Positions 29,692 through 44,300 of a stretch of DNA of 64,000 nt are shown here, piece after piece (position 1 is the stretch's first letter; every line of letters begins with the position of its first letter). The position numbers and the translations under genes were made by a program. Under the pieces are notes generated by a model. The model was not told the DNA's origin. It did no database searches and saw only the letters and a program-made list of their open reading frames with translations. The DNA lies in assembly GCA_001938485.1 (NCBI GenBank), contig MQRK01254223.1:14382-78381 (forward strand), given 5' to 3'. Origin of the DNA: Girardia tigrina (Eukaryota).

Positions 29692-32350
29692 TCTTGATTC
29701 TAGCAGAACTACCAAAAACGGCTCTCAGAAATATGAAGCCCTGGTCTAAATTATATAACTAATCAACTCATAGGAAGCTCTTAAAAACGTCTGGCCTCTA
29801 GCTCTGTCTCGGATGGTATAAGTATTTCACAAAGAAACGCCGAGTAGATCCGCTACTTGTGAATACGAATAAAATAATCGCAAATTTAATGACAGTTTTT
29901 ATAATACAAGGAATACTCATTTGAAACAACATTTGATCATTATATTTTATACTTTTTCTTATGACTAAATTTTTCAATTTTTACATTAATATAGATATTA
30001 ATGTAAAATAATTTACAAAGCAGAGATGTACAGCAAAATGTTAATCGCTTAAGGATCGTAAATCGTACTGTTTTGTACTTAAAAACAGAATTATGTCAAT
30101 AATTATTATGGTAATTTAATTAAACATGATTAATTTAATTAAATTTTCATTGGAATAGTATTTAGGACAATAAATTAAATTATGGAATTACCAGGGTAAT
30201 AGAGACTGTACAAAATTAAAAAATTTTCAACACGGACATAAATATTTAAGTACATCTGATACCCTAATATTTTTTGAACAATCTTCAACCCCTTCAATCA
30301 TTGGTTATCACTTAAGACCCTAAAAACACTAACAGTTAACTACTAGCAAATCGAAAAGCCCTTTGATCATTTATTCTTATAAATCATTAGTTTAAAATTA
30401 TTTTAAAATATGATAAATTTCAAAAAACATTTAAGGATGATTCAGTATTTATTCGTTCACGGTGTATGTTAAAGGTGTTGCTGATATCTTCCATCTATAT
30501 GTAGAATTGATTCGGTTTCTAAATGTTTAAGTAATATTTGAGAGCTTTCTTATTAGTTTTGCTCAATGTCATAGAAGCAAACAGGAGATTATTTTAAGTT
30601 ACTTTTGCTTATCAATGAATGTTAAGTAAAAACTGATACTTTTGAATTTGTTGGAAAAGTAGTTTTTACAGTCTTCTGCTTCAAAAAATCAATTGTGTTT
30701 CCAGATGTAATATAAAAGTATTTTCTTATTCATAAATTGGTTTGTTTGAGCAATTTCAATTATTTCAGACAAACTAACGTTTATGTACGACTCAGCCGTT
30801 TTTTGATCATGAAAAGGAATTCATTTGAGTCGAACGAACACTTCTAGAATAGATAATTTTATTTTGTTTTACATGATCTCGATGTAACCAAATCGTAAAT
30901 TAACGGCCATTTTCCGATTCATGAATAAATCTATGTTTAATCATCATTCAAAATACTTGAAACAATAAGGGTTTTTGTTAAACCAACTGACGCGATTCAC
31001 CTTGAACTCTTCCTTTAAAAAATGAGACCCCCAAATGAAAAATAACTTCCTCAAACTCATTTTGTCATTTCGCATCACTGAACTTCAATCCTCTAAAATT
31101 TCTAAGAAAATATCAATCTTGCAATTTATTACATATGAATCTTCCTTGATTATTAGTAAATGCGGAGCATATATGTATTTCTATATGTCTGCTATTCCTG
31201 ATGAACACAAAGTCCTACAAACTTAGACTGATACTTCCACCTTTCAATTCAACAAAACACCATATTTGAAAGAAATTTCGAAAAACTCACATCAAAATGC
31301 TTAAGCAAAACATTTCTTCAATGAGTTTCATTTTTTCTAGCAACTTCTCCACTTTAACATCTTATTAAATATTAAGAGCCCTTGCTATTTAAAATAATTA
31401 ATTAACTTAAAATATTTAAACCCTCCTTTTGTGGACTGCACGGGATTGATTCTCAACTGGACATGAGATAAAGGTAATTTTTACAAAATTATAAAATTAG
31501 AGCTTCAAAGAAATTAAAAGCAAATATTTATTTACACATTTATATTTTATTTGCAGTGTTTATATAAAATCATGTTTTTAAAGGTTGTTCTAATAAGCTA
31601 TTGACCCCTGATATATAGCAATTTTTGGGATTACATTAAAAAAGTTTTCAATAAAATCGTTTTAAATTTTGGAAATCGTTTTGCATTTTTCATTATTATA
31701 ATATATGTGAAAACGAAAGAAAAAAATGCCGACGTTTATTACTCAAAAGATTTTTAGTATGACAAAAATCCAGTTTAGAATGACGAGAACAAGAATCGAC
31801 CCTAATATGTTTCAATGTAGATGTTTCAATACAAAATTATCATCTATGAATTTATATTAGAATATAAAAATATTGATCTTACATTCTTATTCTTTAAATA
31901 TACTTTTTAACTTATTATCGAGAACAAATAATAACGTCTTTAATCAAAATAGAAAAGGTCATCCATTATTAAATTTATATGCAATACAAACTGGATTCAC
32001 CATTACGGTATTATCAATATGATTAAAATATGCTAATTAATTTTTAATCTTTATTTTGGCCTATATTATAAGATTTCAAGGTATACATCATAATGGTGAT
32101 TATAATGATAGTAAAAAAGATTCAAAATAATTTTGACACAAATTATGAAAGAATTATATTGTCAAAGTATCATTATCGAATGTTTATGAAGCATCGTGTT
32201 AGTTGATTCATCCAATCACATTAAAGTATTTTAAAGCATTTTTATTGAGAAATGTTACGTAATAACTTTCAATTAAAACTTTATTTTAATTCCTCTGAGG
32301 ATGATATTATGTTTTGTCTATAAATTTTGTGAGAAATGGTCTTTCTTTGC

Positions 32351-32392
<42 letters not shown>

Positions 32393-35300
32393 GATTAATT
32401 ACTATTTATGTAGTTTGAAAACTATTACATCATACGTCTCAAAAACATGCTTTTTTTTCTTCTTTTTTAAAAAAATATTTTAATGATATTTAAAAAATAT
32501 TTAAAAAAACTTTAATATGAATCACCTTGCACGTTTAAGCATGGTTTATGATGCTTTATTAACAATGCTTCGGCAATAATCCTTTCATAATTTGTGTCAA
32601 TAAACGTGCAAGGTGATTCATCTAATCATATTAAAGTTTTTTAAATATCATTAAAATATTTTTTTAAAAAAAAGAAGAAAAAAAGCATGTTTTTGAGACG
32701 TATGATATATATATATATATATATATTCCACCTACTATCGGTATACTAATACTAAAAGAAAATAATTTAAAAGTTAAAGGAGACAGTGAAATATGAGATG
32801 GTCTAACTTGAATTCTGTCTAATTCCTCCAGTTGATCCGAAGTGTCAGCATAGGCACTCAGTTCGCGCAGTCGGTGATCAATGTAGAATCTTTGTTCTTT
32901 GAATATCTAAAATAAAATTAATTACATTGTTATTACATTCAATACACTTTTTATTGTCTCTCTTTCAATGACTGTCGTTATTAAATCAGCTTTTTTGCAT
33001 GCATTATTCTACAGACGATTAAAATTAGAATATCCGTTCACGTTTTTTTTGAAATAGTAAAATTTTATTAAAATATTTTCAATGTTATATTTTTTAAAAA
33101 TAGATTTTTCAAATTTTTATTCACAATTTAATAAAGAGAATAATATTTTTTATTTTCATTAATATTTGTTCAATTGAGAAAATTCTCTTTTAAATTTTGT
33201 ATATTAAAAAAATTATTTCTTGTAAACTTTATTAACAAATAATAAACAAGTCTTTTATTAACATTATATTTTATTTTAAATTATGGAAATAAAACAAACT
33301 TCAAAATATATTTTAGATATTTATTTATTTTCTTTTAAAAATTTCTAAATAATAATATTACATTAAAAATAAGTTAAAATAATTTAAAATCTAAAAAAAG
33401 ACAGATTAGCTTCTTAAAATCAATGTAAAAAAATTAATAATAAATTTATTTTTCTATATAATAAGATCATAATTAATTATTTTCTTTCAAATTTATGGAA
33501 GAAAATATTTAAAAAAATAAAAAAAAACTTTTTTTTTAAAAATGAAAGTAGTAAAAAGTTTTTCTGTAGAAAATTTTATTATAAAATTATATACTTACAA
33601 GTCACAGTTAATATAAATGCGAAAATACTTTTTTCGTATTTTCATCGCAAAAGAAACTCAAAAAAATAAAAATTATTGAAAAACGATTTCATCGTTTTAT
33701 TTCTTATTTGAAGTAAATAATGATAAATATTCTTCCGAAAATAATAAATATCTCTTTTAATGATAGAAAACTGTCAATACGATTTCTCTACCGATGTAAT
33801 TAAATTTCTTCAGGAATTTAATATTCTCTGTAAATTTCTTTTGTCATATTAAATATAATCGAATTTTATAAAAAAGATATATATTTATATAAAGCATACT
33901 TTTGAGAGCATAAAATAAGAATAAGTACATATTAAGTGGTAAAGATATTTGATTTAATAAATGTAAAACATGTACCAATTTTACTTCGACAAAAGATATT
34001 TCATAAGACAAATTCTTATGTATATAAATATAATAAGTTGGAACGATAGTTTTTTCAGTTATTTAAAAAATTCTTTAATTTAATTTTGTCATTTATATAT
34101 TTAATATAATCTGGATTTTATATATTATATATTCTTAGTAGTGTTTTTATATATTATTTGCATTGTATAGTCCCTTCTGTAAAACGTTATTGAATTTAGA
34201 AAACAAGTGAAAATGTCAAAAATAGCGTGATAAAATCCGTAGATTGATTTTCCAAAAAAGGCGTCTAAAATTTAAACTCGCAACACCAGAGATTCCACCA
34301 AAGAGCATATTTACGATGGTATTCCAAATTCTGCTCCGGTAAAACGAATGGTAAAAACAAAAAGAACTCCGGACGAGCTCTACGCCGTTTGATTGAAGCG
34401 GAGCAGACCCATACAGACAACTAAACTCAAAACTTCCACTACAATCATTATTTGGAACCTTCAAAAAATGAACAAGGAAAATAAACGTGGTCAACAGGTC
34501 TAACACTTTTTTAAAGAAATGCAAAAAAGCGGTCAATTAACGACTGTTCCTGACAATTGCACAAATTCAGCCGTTGTAGATTACAACGGATTTTGACGTG
34601 AGATGAGAAGTGGGTTGTATACGATAATCAGAAATACAAAAATCAATGGCTGAGGCAAGGTAAACTTAGAAAACGGCCACCTTGAAGTAATCCTCATCGA
34701 AAAAAATTTGATTTTGTGCGTTTGGTCAATCGCATAGGTACAGGTTCACTAAAAACTCCTTCCCCGTGCTCAAACCATCATTTCTAAAGCTTACTGCTCC
34801 CAATTATATCGTGTCCATGCCTCTTTGAGTGTTTGTGGTATCAGCACTGCTTGTGTTTGTTTTCAACTAGACAACGCCACACCTTAAAGATAAACACGTT
34901 AAGCAGACCCTTCAAAAGTTTTTCGACCTGAAAACTCCAAATTTTTTACCTACGCAGAATTTTCTTATTGTAGCCTCGTTGGAAAATAATAATTAAAATT
35001 AATGACGATTACAATAATGTAAACGACTCATTGTTATTGTAAAAAAATACTTTTAATAAAATGTTAATTTACTGACAAAACTTTCCAACCTATTAATATA
35101 ATTTATATATGATAAATAAACGATAAGACAAATAACATTTATATATAAATTATTATATATATATATATATATATTATCAACAAAAATTTTTTTTCTTTTA
35201 TATTTAATGTAATTAATATTACTTGATTTGTTTGGTGCTTAAAATCCCTGGAGATTATGAACATGTTTTATATTTTTTTCACAGATTTTGGAATAATTTC

Positions 35301-38300
35301 CAGTTTATCACAACAAATCATTTTTAATATTCATCATATTAACAGTATGAAAATGATTATCTGTAAAAAACATAAATGGATTGAGCCAATTTCTTCTTTT
35401 GTACCATAAATTTTTATATCAGTACTTGAAAAATTATCCTCCTTCAAGACATTTGTCTTTTGTGTTTAATCTTGTTCCAGTCATCTTATTTGTTCTTCCT
35501 TTTTTTGGTTACAATATTAAGAACAATTAAATGTATATAAAAAACTTTTATTATTTTTTCAATTTAATCATTTTTTACAACAATTCTCAACAATATTTTC
35601 GCCAGTAAACATAATTAATCTTCTTTAATATGGGGTTGGACACTTGGAATTGTTAGAAGAACATCTTAATACCAAAAGGGTTGTCTCTTCTGTGGAAAAC
35701 TTTAACCGATATTATTATTTACATTCCTCAATTTTAAAATAAATGCTGTTAATACTAAGTTAAAAAATTAATTCTCAAATGGATTTCACCAAAAATGTTT
35801 AGTTCAATTTTTTAAGAAAAATGATAATAAACATTAAACTATTTTGTTTTTATAAAATATAAAAAAAATAATTTTTCAAATTATTTGATGAAAAAATTCA
35901 TTTTTCATTATAATCAAGTTCATTTCATCATCCAAAGTATTATAAAAATAAAATTATATATATATATATATTATTTTTTTTATTATTTATTTCAAGAAAA
36001 TCTGATTTTACGTTAATAAATTACTTTCTTATATCACTTTGAACTTTTGTTTGTAAGAATATTCTTTAGACTAGATGTGAGAAGTTGAGTCCTCCTCGAC
36101 GACAGGGGTCATTGCCTTCACTCACAACTGAAGCAAATAACATAGTTTTTCCTTTTAAATATCAATCTTCATCATTTATTTTCAAAGGGAAGAACATATG
36201 TTTTATTATACAAAAAGCCCTTTTCAAATTATAATCTGATATTCATCAAAAATTATTGATAAAAGAAACACAAAATTTCTTTCAATAAAAGAACAATGTG
36301 TTTTGAGGTTATCAAAATTAGTGTGACGATTTTTCTTGTAAGACTAAAAAAAATTATAAGAAAAATTTCCATTAATGACGAATGAAATTCTTTTAATTTT
36401 ATATAAATATGAAAAGACGTTATTTTTAAAAAAACAAAATTGTCATAAGCAAATTATTTTTCTCATTATAATAAGCCGAAACGAAATCAAGTTTATGGAG
36501 ACTCTTGAAATTATTTTTTTTACTTCTAGAAATTTTAAAATTTAATGAAAACGAAAAACGGTAGACAAAAAGTATGTTTTGAAAATGCAAAAAAATCAAT
36601 AATAATTATTTTTCTTTAATAATAAATCGAATTTATTTGAATAAAAACTTAAATGAAGATGGTGATGATAATTGCAAATACTCATTAGAAAAATTGAACA
36701 ATGGTTTCCTGACGTTGAAGCTGTGAGAAATAATAACTGATCAACTTTTATGTTACCTATTCGATTGTTCTAATGACAATGTCTTGATAAAATGATCAAA
36801 GGACCACTTTTGATCCACTTTGGTCTTGTGCTGAGTTAGGAATAGTCTGAATTTTAACACTTAGTTAAAACTGTTACTTAAACAGGTGTATCTCCCAAGA
36901 ATAAATATGAAAAGAATTCGGCTAGTATATCAGGTCCTTCCATTATCAATATTACTTTTCAAAAATGCCTTTTAAATCAAAATATCAATGATAATTTTGA
37001 TAGACCTTATGAAACCTTATATACATCTATAACTTTGTGTTGAAAACATCTTTATACTACTTTGAAAAGTTGGTGGAAGAGGTTTATTCTTTTATAGCTT
37101 TGTAGGTGGGTTCTATATAAATTCCTACATAAATATCTTCCCTATTCTTCATTAACTAAAACAATTTTTTTAGTTATTTTAACTATAAATAAATCAATCA
37201 ATTGAATGAAAATTTTAAAGACGAAAAAATCGAATTATTCGAATGATTGTCTTTTACCATTTGTGCTTTCTCCGCATTCTTCTAAACCTACTGATAAAGG
37301 GACTAACTGGTGTTGATTTGTTTCTGTTAAAGAACCTCCTTCAACCAATAAGTATAGAATAACACAAATGAACGTGTAAATATATTTTTAACAATAAACT
37401 TTATAAAGAAAGGAATTTGGGCTATGTCAAATAAAATCAGGGCGAATAAGAGACCAAATTTCGACAAGATCAACGATATAATGCATCATTTAATCTAATT
37501 TGGCAGGAATATCTCTGGGGATTTAAAGGCCAGGTAGTTGACGGACGGAATCAAATATTCTGCAGGATAAATATTGACCAGACTAGCCTGATCAATACGA
37601 GATTCTCGTAATAAACGTTTCGCACGGAACTTATTGGAAAATTGTTGAGTGATTTTGATTCTTGTAATGTAAGTTTGAATAGAAGAAAATATATCTATTA
37701 TCATAAAGGAGGTTATATGCGATCTGCTCGACAGCAAAAATGAGACCGGGAAAGTCGGATAAACTTGATTGAGGATTTATTAGGAAACAGATCACCCGGA
37801 ATCGGAATTTAATATCATAAAGGTTTCTATGTATTTTAATTTTTATTGATCAAAAAAATAAATATATTTTTAAATCTAATTATAAATATAAATACAAATA
37901 TATTATATAAATATATTATATTATTTATCTAGATTTAACACTTACTCTTAAGTAATTATTTATTCCAAAATTTGCAAAAAATCATTTGTAACGTTTATAA
38001 AAATGTTTTAACAGTCTAAGGGAATGACTTTAATCAACACAATATTCTCCGTTGCTTTTTACATTTGAAATCATTCTTTAAGTTTCTTTATTCCCGTAAA
38101 ATTGTTCAAAGTGCTATTTTAAATCTTTCCCTAACAAAAAAAGAGATTTGAAGAGACCTAAATAGATAAGAATCAAAATGAAAAAGTTCTTGCTAAAAGG
38201 ATCCAGCCAAGTTCTCTCAATTTTTTACTGCCTCTATAAAGATATATACAATCTTGTATTATCATGAAGAAACATAACACATTTTCGGTTAGTTAATTAT

Positions 38301-41300
38301 TGGCACTTTTTAGAGTTTTTTTATTGTTTCTTTTTTAGAAGCAGATTATAATCAGAAATGCTTTTCGAATCTTATCAAAGACTTTAAAAAATCTGTTTTG
38401 GATGATGATTTGATTTCGCTAATGTTAGAAGGGTTTTACTTTTTGTTACTTCCGGAAACGCTCCCCTGTGTTTTCTATTCGAGAACTACATGCACATGTT
38501 CGTTTTGAAAGAACTTTTCTGATAATTGATGAGGTACCCAAATTTCAAGTCAAAGAACGGAACCAAGCTTGTATATGTGATGATATGCTCTGCTGTGGAG
38601 AATCTGCAACAAATTCGATAGCTCTTTGGTGGTAAATGGTCACACAATGTGTCTTAAATTAACTTTTTTTTCATTTATACTAATTATTTTTTTTCTAAAG
38701 AAAAAAGTATTTAATAAAACAAAATATATATCTTAATTATACAAGAGAAAAAACGTGATAAATTTTTGATATAATCTTATTAAAAATAATAATAAAAATA
38801 AATATAAAAATGCTACGAAATTTCCAAAAAACCAAATATTTATTCAAATACTATAATAAAAAATATGCATAATTCAAATTATATAATATATTTTTAACAT
38901 ATTACTGTAAAAATTGATTTTTTTGGTTTTGTTTTAATTTCTAAAGCCATCCTCAAATAACGTAAAATTAATATTTATAAAATTATAAATAATTTAATAT
39001 TTGTTTTCGTCGTTTTTTATTCTCAAAAAAATCTGAGTCTGCTTGAGTTAATTTTTTTTCAGTGAATAAAAAATAAATCTATCAAAGAAAAAAAAATCTG
39101 TAAAACTGTTTAATGATTAACCGAGTTTTTCCCCTCAGATTTATCCAAACCAACCCCAACAATTCTAGTTATTAAACTAAATTATCTGAAAATTATTCGT
39201 TTTTTCCCTCCATCATTTCTCGTCGAGAGATTGGCAATTATGAGACATCGTAAAAATTCGTCTAATTAGAAGATGTCTTTAAAAATTTAAACCAAGTAAT
39301 GTAAGTTTAATTTTTCACAGTCTATCACATTTTAATTGCTAAAAAGAATTTACAGTGTTGCTCCAAACTAAACTAATTTTATTTGTTAAATCAATCAAAA
39401 TGAGAAAGAAGAAATAAAGAAGAAAAATCCATTAAAATAATTTTATAAAAATAATACTATTCATTGTAGATAATATATTTTTATTTCATTAATTAAATGT
39501 TTGTTTTCTAAAGTACAAATTAATTATACAAAGATCTAACAAAAATTCTTAGAAAAGAATAATCTTCTTCAACTGTATTGACGTCTTATTACTTGTTGAA
39601 TCGGATGATGACGGTTGATCAGCCGAAATTAATAACAATATATTGGGTTGAGTAAAACGTATTTTCGTTTTTTGCAGATAAATGACAATAAGAGACAGAT
39701 TCGCATATAAAACGTCCATTTATTTGAAGAAACTATTATTGCATTTTGTGAAAGTTATTGAAAGATTAAATTCTCAAGTTGTGTTTTAAGATGCCATTTG
39801 TTTAATTAGATAAAATAATTATCATTTTTGTAAGTGAAAGAGTGTGTCAAAGTCCGTTTTCTAAATTTCGTGCTGATGATACCTCACGTCAAGATTGTGA
39901 GCGTTCTGGCCGACCAGTGGTTGAGGATGATCAAATCAAGACATTTGTTGAAAACAATCCACGATACACGACTCTGGAATTTGCAGAAAAAGTCAAAGTA
40001 TCCAAAAATATAGTTGTGAATCGTTTGCAAGCTCTGGAAAACTTAATTCAGCACAATATTTGGATACCTCATATTTTAAGTGAAAAAAAAACTTAATGGA
40101 CCGCGTCTATTTGTGACTCGTTGATGAAAAGAAACAAACATGTGCTATTTCTGAAACATATGGTAACATATGATGAAAAAAAGGTTGTTCTCCTTAAAAT
40201 AAAGCGTAACCGGTCATGGAAAAAAGCGAGGTGAATCTCCTAAAACTATAGCAAAAAGAAATATTCATACCAAAAAGCCATGTTGTGTCTGTAGGTGGGA
40301 TTTTGAAGGTGTGGTTTATTACGAATTGCTTTCTCCAATCGGGATTACTAATTCCTCTAAATATAGAGCACAATTGGATTCATTGAAGGCAGCAATCAAT
40401 GTAAAGTGGTCAGAACTAGCTAATCATTATTTTTGCACAGAAACCAAAAACGTTCTGGGAGGATGGAATCCTCAATTTACCATCACAATGGCTGAAAGTT
40501 ATTATTCAAAATGGAGCATATTTAATATACTACAAATACTTTTCTATGAAAATTGGTTTCAACTATTTTTTACTGAAAAATATGAAATTACTTTTTGCTC
40601 AACCCAATATTATGATGAACATTTTATAGGTTTACAAACTAACTAATCTCATTATTTTAATATTTATATGAAAAGAATAATATTTGAATTTATTGTGTGA
40701 TGTTTCAAATATTTTTTTGTTAAGTAAAAAGTTGTATGATTTATGTTTTATGGTGCAATTTGATATTTCTTCCTCTCTAAAAGAATGGATAAAGGATGTG
40801 ATGGACATATAAACTTTAAAAACGTTTTATTTCTTAAATATACTTTTCTAAATATGCATTATGTATATATCATATTTGAATTTGTTTAAATAATTAATCA
40901 AACTATAAAATATAAATAAAATATAATTTCAAAATCATTACAACATATTAAACGACAGTAATACTTTAGAGAATATCAAAATTTGATATTAAAACGTCAT
41001 CCATTAAGTACTTATTATTTATTATTATAAATGATTATAGTAATGCTAGTAATAATATTAATTATGAAAATATCAAAATATTGGGTGGAAATAAAATATT
41101 GGCATAAACAAAATCATAAAACAATGTGACACAAAAAACAACTGCACTAATAAAGTATAAATGGATGGCACAACATTGTAAAGTGCGAAATTGATAATTT
41201 ATAGAATAATACCAACAATGTTTGAGAGGGTTGGTTGTAACATTTGTCCCTTCCCTAGCCCCCAATGTCATGTCTAGGGGCATCCATAAACCACCAATTT

Positions 41301-44300
41301 CACATAATCTACGCAGAGCTATAATCTATGTCTGGCAGCCAATTATCAAAAAAAAACATTAATATGCAAATAACAACATCAATTGTTATAATATATAAGC
41401 CGCTCAGCATCTTTGATAAATATATTTGATAGAGAAATAAGAGTCACGCAATTAGGAGCAATTGAAGAAAACTCACTTCCGTTATCGTTTCTTTTACGCA
41501 CTGAAATAAATCAGAAGATTAAATAAAACAAGAATAAGAAATCGATTATTCCACGTTTAATTAATTAATTTAATCCTCTTCAATGAAACAAAATTAGTTT
41601 TCCAACTATTTCAAAAATTAAATATATATTTATTATTATTATTATTATTATTATTTAATATTAAAAAATTTTAAATATAAAGACATTTTAGTTTTAGTTT
41701 AACTATTTTATTTTGATTATTGCTACAAATTTAAATTATTTGAATTAATTATAAACGGAGTATTATCAAAAGTAAATGTACGTCTCAAACGGAGTAATGG
41801 CCTAAAAAACAACGTTGATTTTTATGGAAAGTTAAAAAATTTTCTTAAATATATCCTTTTGCTTACCATAATGATAATGCTACTATGCTAATACTATATG
41901 ACTACAGATGATAGTTTATGACAGTTACGTATATGAAAACGAGAGGAGAATCGCTGTCACCTTCAAAATATATTTATCAATATTTTCAAACATTGTTTAC
42001 GATTTCTTCGCTGTGAAAAGGTCTGCGCTATCCCTAACAGTGGACGTCCTAAGTCTTCACCTCGTATTTATGTTGCAAAGTAGTTTCCATTTCTTCTGTT
42101 TCACGGGCTACTGAACGCTGGTTTCTGAAAGATTTCGGTTACAATAGTAGGGTAATACCTGGATTTTTCGTAAATAAGTCATTGCTCTTGTATTAGGTTT
42201 TTTTGGTTTTTATGTGTTACACTTTGCACCCAAAAATAGACACATGTACTTATTTTTGGAAACTGTCATTTTTAACTCGAAATTGACCATTATTGCTTTG
42301 ATCAATTCATATGGAGGCAAAAAATTAGCACAGGTGTGCTTATTTTCGGAAAACCCCGGTAGGTAGGAAATCACTATCATTCTCAACCAATATTGTTCAT
42401 CACTGGTCTTGAGCACAAAAATATTGAACAAATAATTTTACTTTTAGGATACAATTATCTTCAGTAGATAATATTTCCTTTCATCTAGACGTCGGGTCAA
42501 GGTTTTGCGTCCACCAGATCAAGTATTTAATGTTAAATAAATACCTTCAATCAATGGTAGGTCCGAGTTCTGGTAATTTTTTGGCTCACATTTCAATCCC
42601 CTTTCACTATCCTCTTCAACAGTCCTTGAAAAACATTCTTCCGAATTCATAGGCGATAGTTCACCTTCCCTTCTATAAAGGCAACCAAACTCTTAATACA
42701 GCAAATAACGATTTTATACTTTCTGAGTCTGTCCAGATATTAAAATACATATACTGAAACATACTTAGGACCTCAGCCCTAACAATAACAGAAAATTGTA
42801 CAATATGTAAATTCAAACGAACTTTAATGAAAGTTCAAATAAAAACACCATATAATCTTAGAGGATTTTGATACTTAGAAAAAATTCCTAAATATCACAT
42901 TTTATATTACTTTCCGTTGATATAACACTCTTTGCAATGTCTCCTGGGAAATTCCACATTTTACGTAGGAATTAATTGTTCTGGATTATGTTGCAAAATA
43001 TTACCTGACACCTTTTGCTGCTGATAACATTCCGCAGAAAAGACAACATATCTTGTCAACGACTTCGACTGACTCTGCGATAATTCTTATCATTCAGACT
43101 CAATGTATTAATCTTAATTTATTTTCCACAAAGGATCTCTAAAACTGAGAAGAAACACGAGTCCAAAAAAGTCATTTTAAAGCATTCCTTGACAGAACAA
43201 TATGGAAAAAATGCAAATATTAAAAGTGTTTGTTTATTTAGCAGTTGGATTCCTGAATGATAAAAGTAACTCTTCCGGTTCACTAGGAATAAAATGAATG
43301 AAAATTTTATCAGTCTATTTCATATTGCTTGGTTATTTATATTGTATTTTATATATTCATTTTATACTTCTAGTCAGTATTATATTTTTGAATTATTTTC
43401 ATAAAGAATTGCAAAAATGTACACTAATTTTCTTTTAATCAAGGAGTAAATTGGTGCTAAATTATCAGTCCTGCAACAGAATATATAAAAATTCATCTTG
43501 CAAATTATGTACATTTTTCATTCCCAATTATTTTATTCTCAAAAGCAAAATATTCTTGTTAAGTTGCCTTTAAATTTGAAGTTGTAACAATTATTTTTGC
43601 CTAAATGTAAAAATAGCAGTTTGGGGGAATAAATATTGTTGGTCATTTTTAGCAAACAAAACGAAGGAGCCAGGCATTTTATTCCATACAATGTCGAGGG
43701 AAAATTAGGGACATATGGCTTTGTGAAAGTCATAAAATTGTTCTAATTGTATGACGAAACACCCTAAATATTATACGTCAGTCCAATTATAATTGAGAGG
43801 CAAATAACAATTAAAGAAAGATAATAAATTTATAAAAATAATTATAATATATTTTATCGTTATGATTAGTTCCACAAAGTTCGAAATGTTTTGAAGATGA
43901 AGTCTTTTGCACATCAATAACATCATATAACATCTCTATTATTACTTTTTATCAATCATTATAATAAGCATAATTATATAAAAAAGATAACATACATTCA
44001 CTTTGAATTTTAATTCATTTAATGTCGTTATTGGTTTAGATGAAGATCCAGTCAAAGACATTCCTGATCCAAGATTGTTTTGGCAAAATACAATGAATGA
44101 ATGAATATGATCCTTTATTTCTACAGTCACTTGATGAAGAATGTTTTTCTCTATCTTTGCAGCTTGTACTGAATATGAAAGATCGGACACCGCATTCTCA
44201 TTACCAGACATATCTTCAACACTATACGGAGACGAAAGAGAATCTCCAAAACTATTCTCCCGGCTTTTGAGCGTACTGATTTCAAGTTCATTATGTAAAG

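Noticed and set aside
37259-37325. Possible small phase-1/1 exon (TNQHQLVPL...ESTN)
   Set aside because: Incompatible with the phase-0 neighbours, and I found no partner exons.
41060-43200. Possible transposase scraps (GTNVTT; ISYLPGFSEN)
   Set aside because: Motifs are too short and degenerate to assign to a family.
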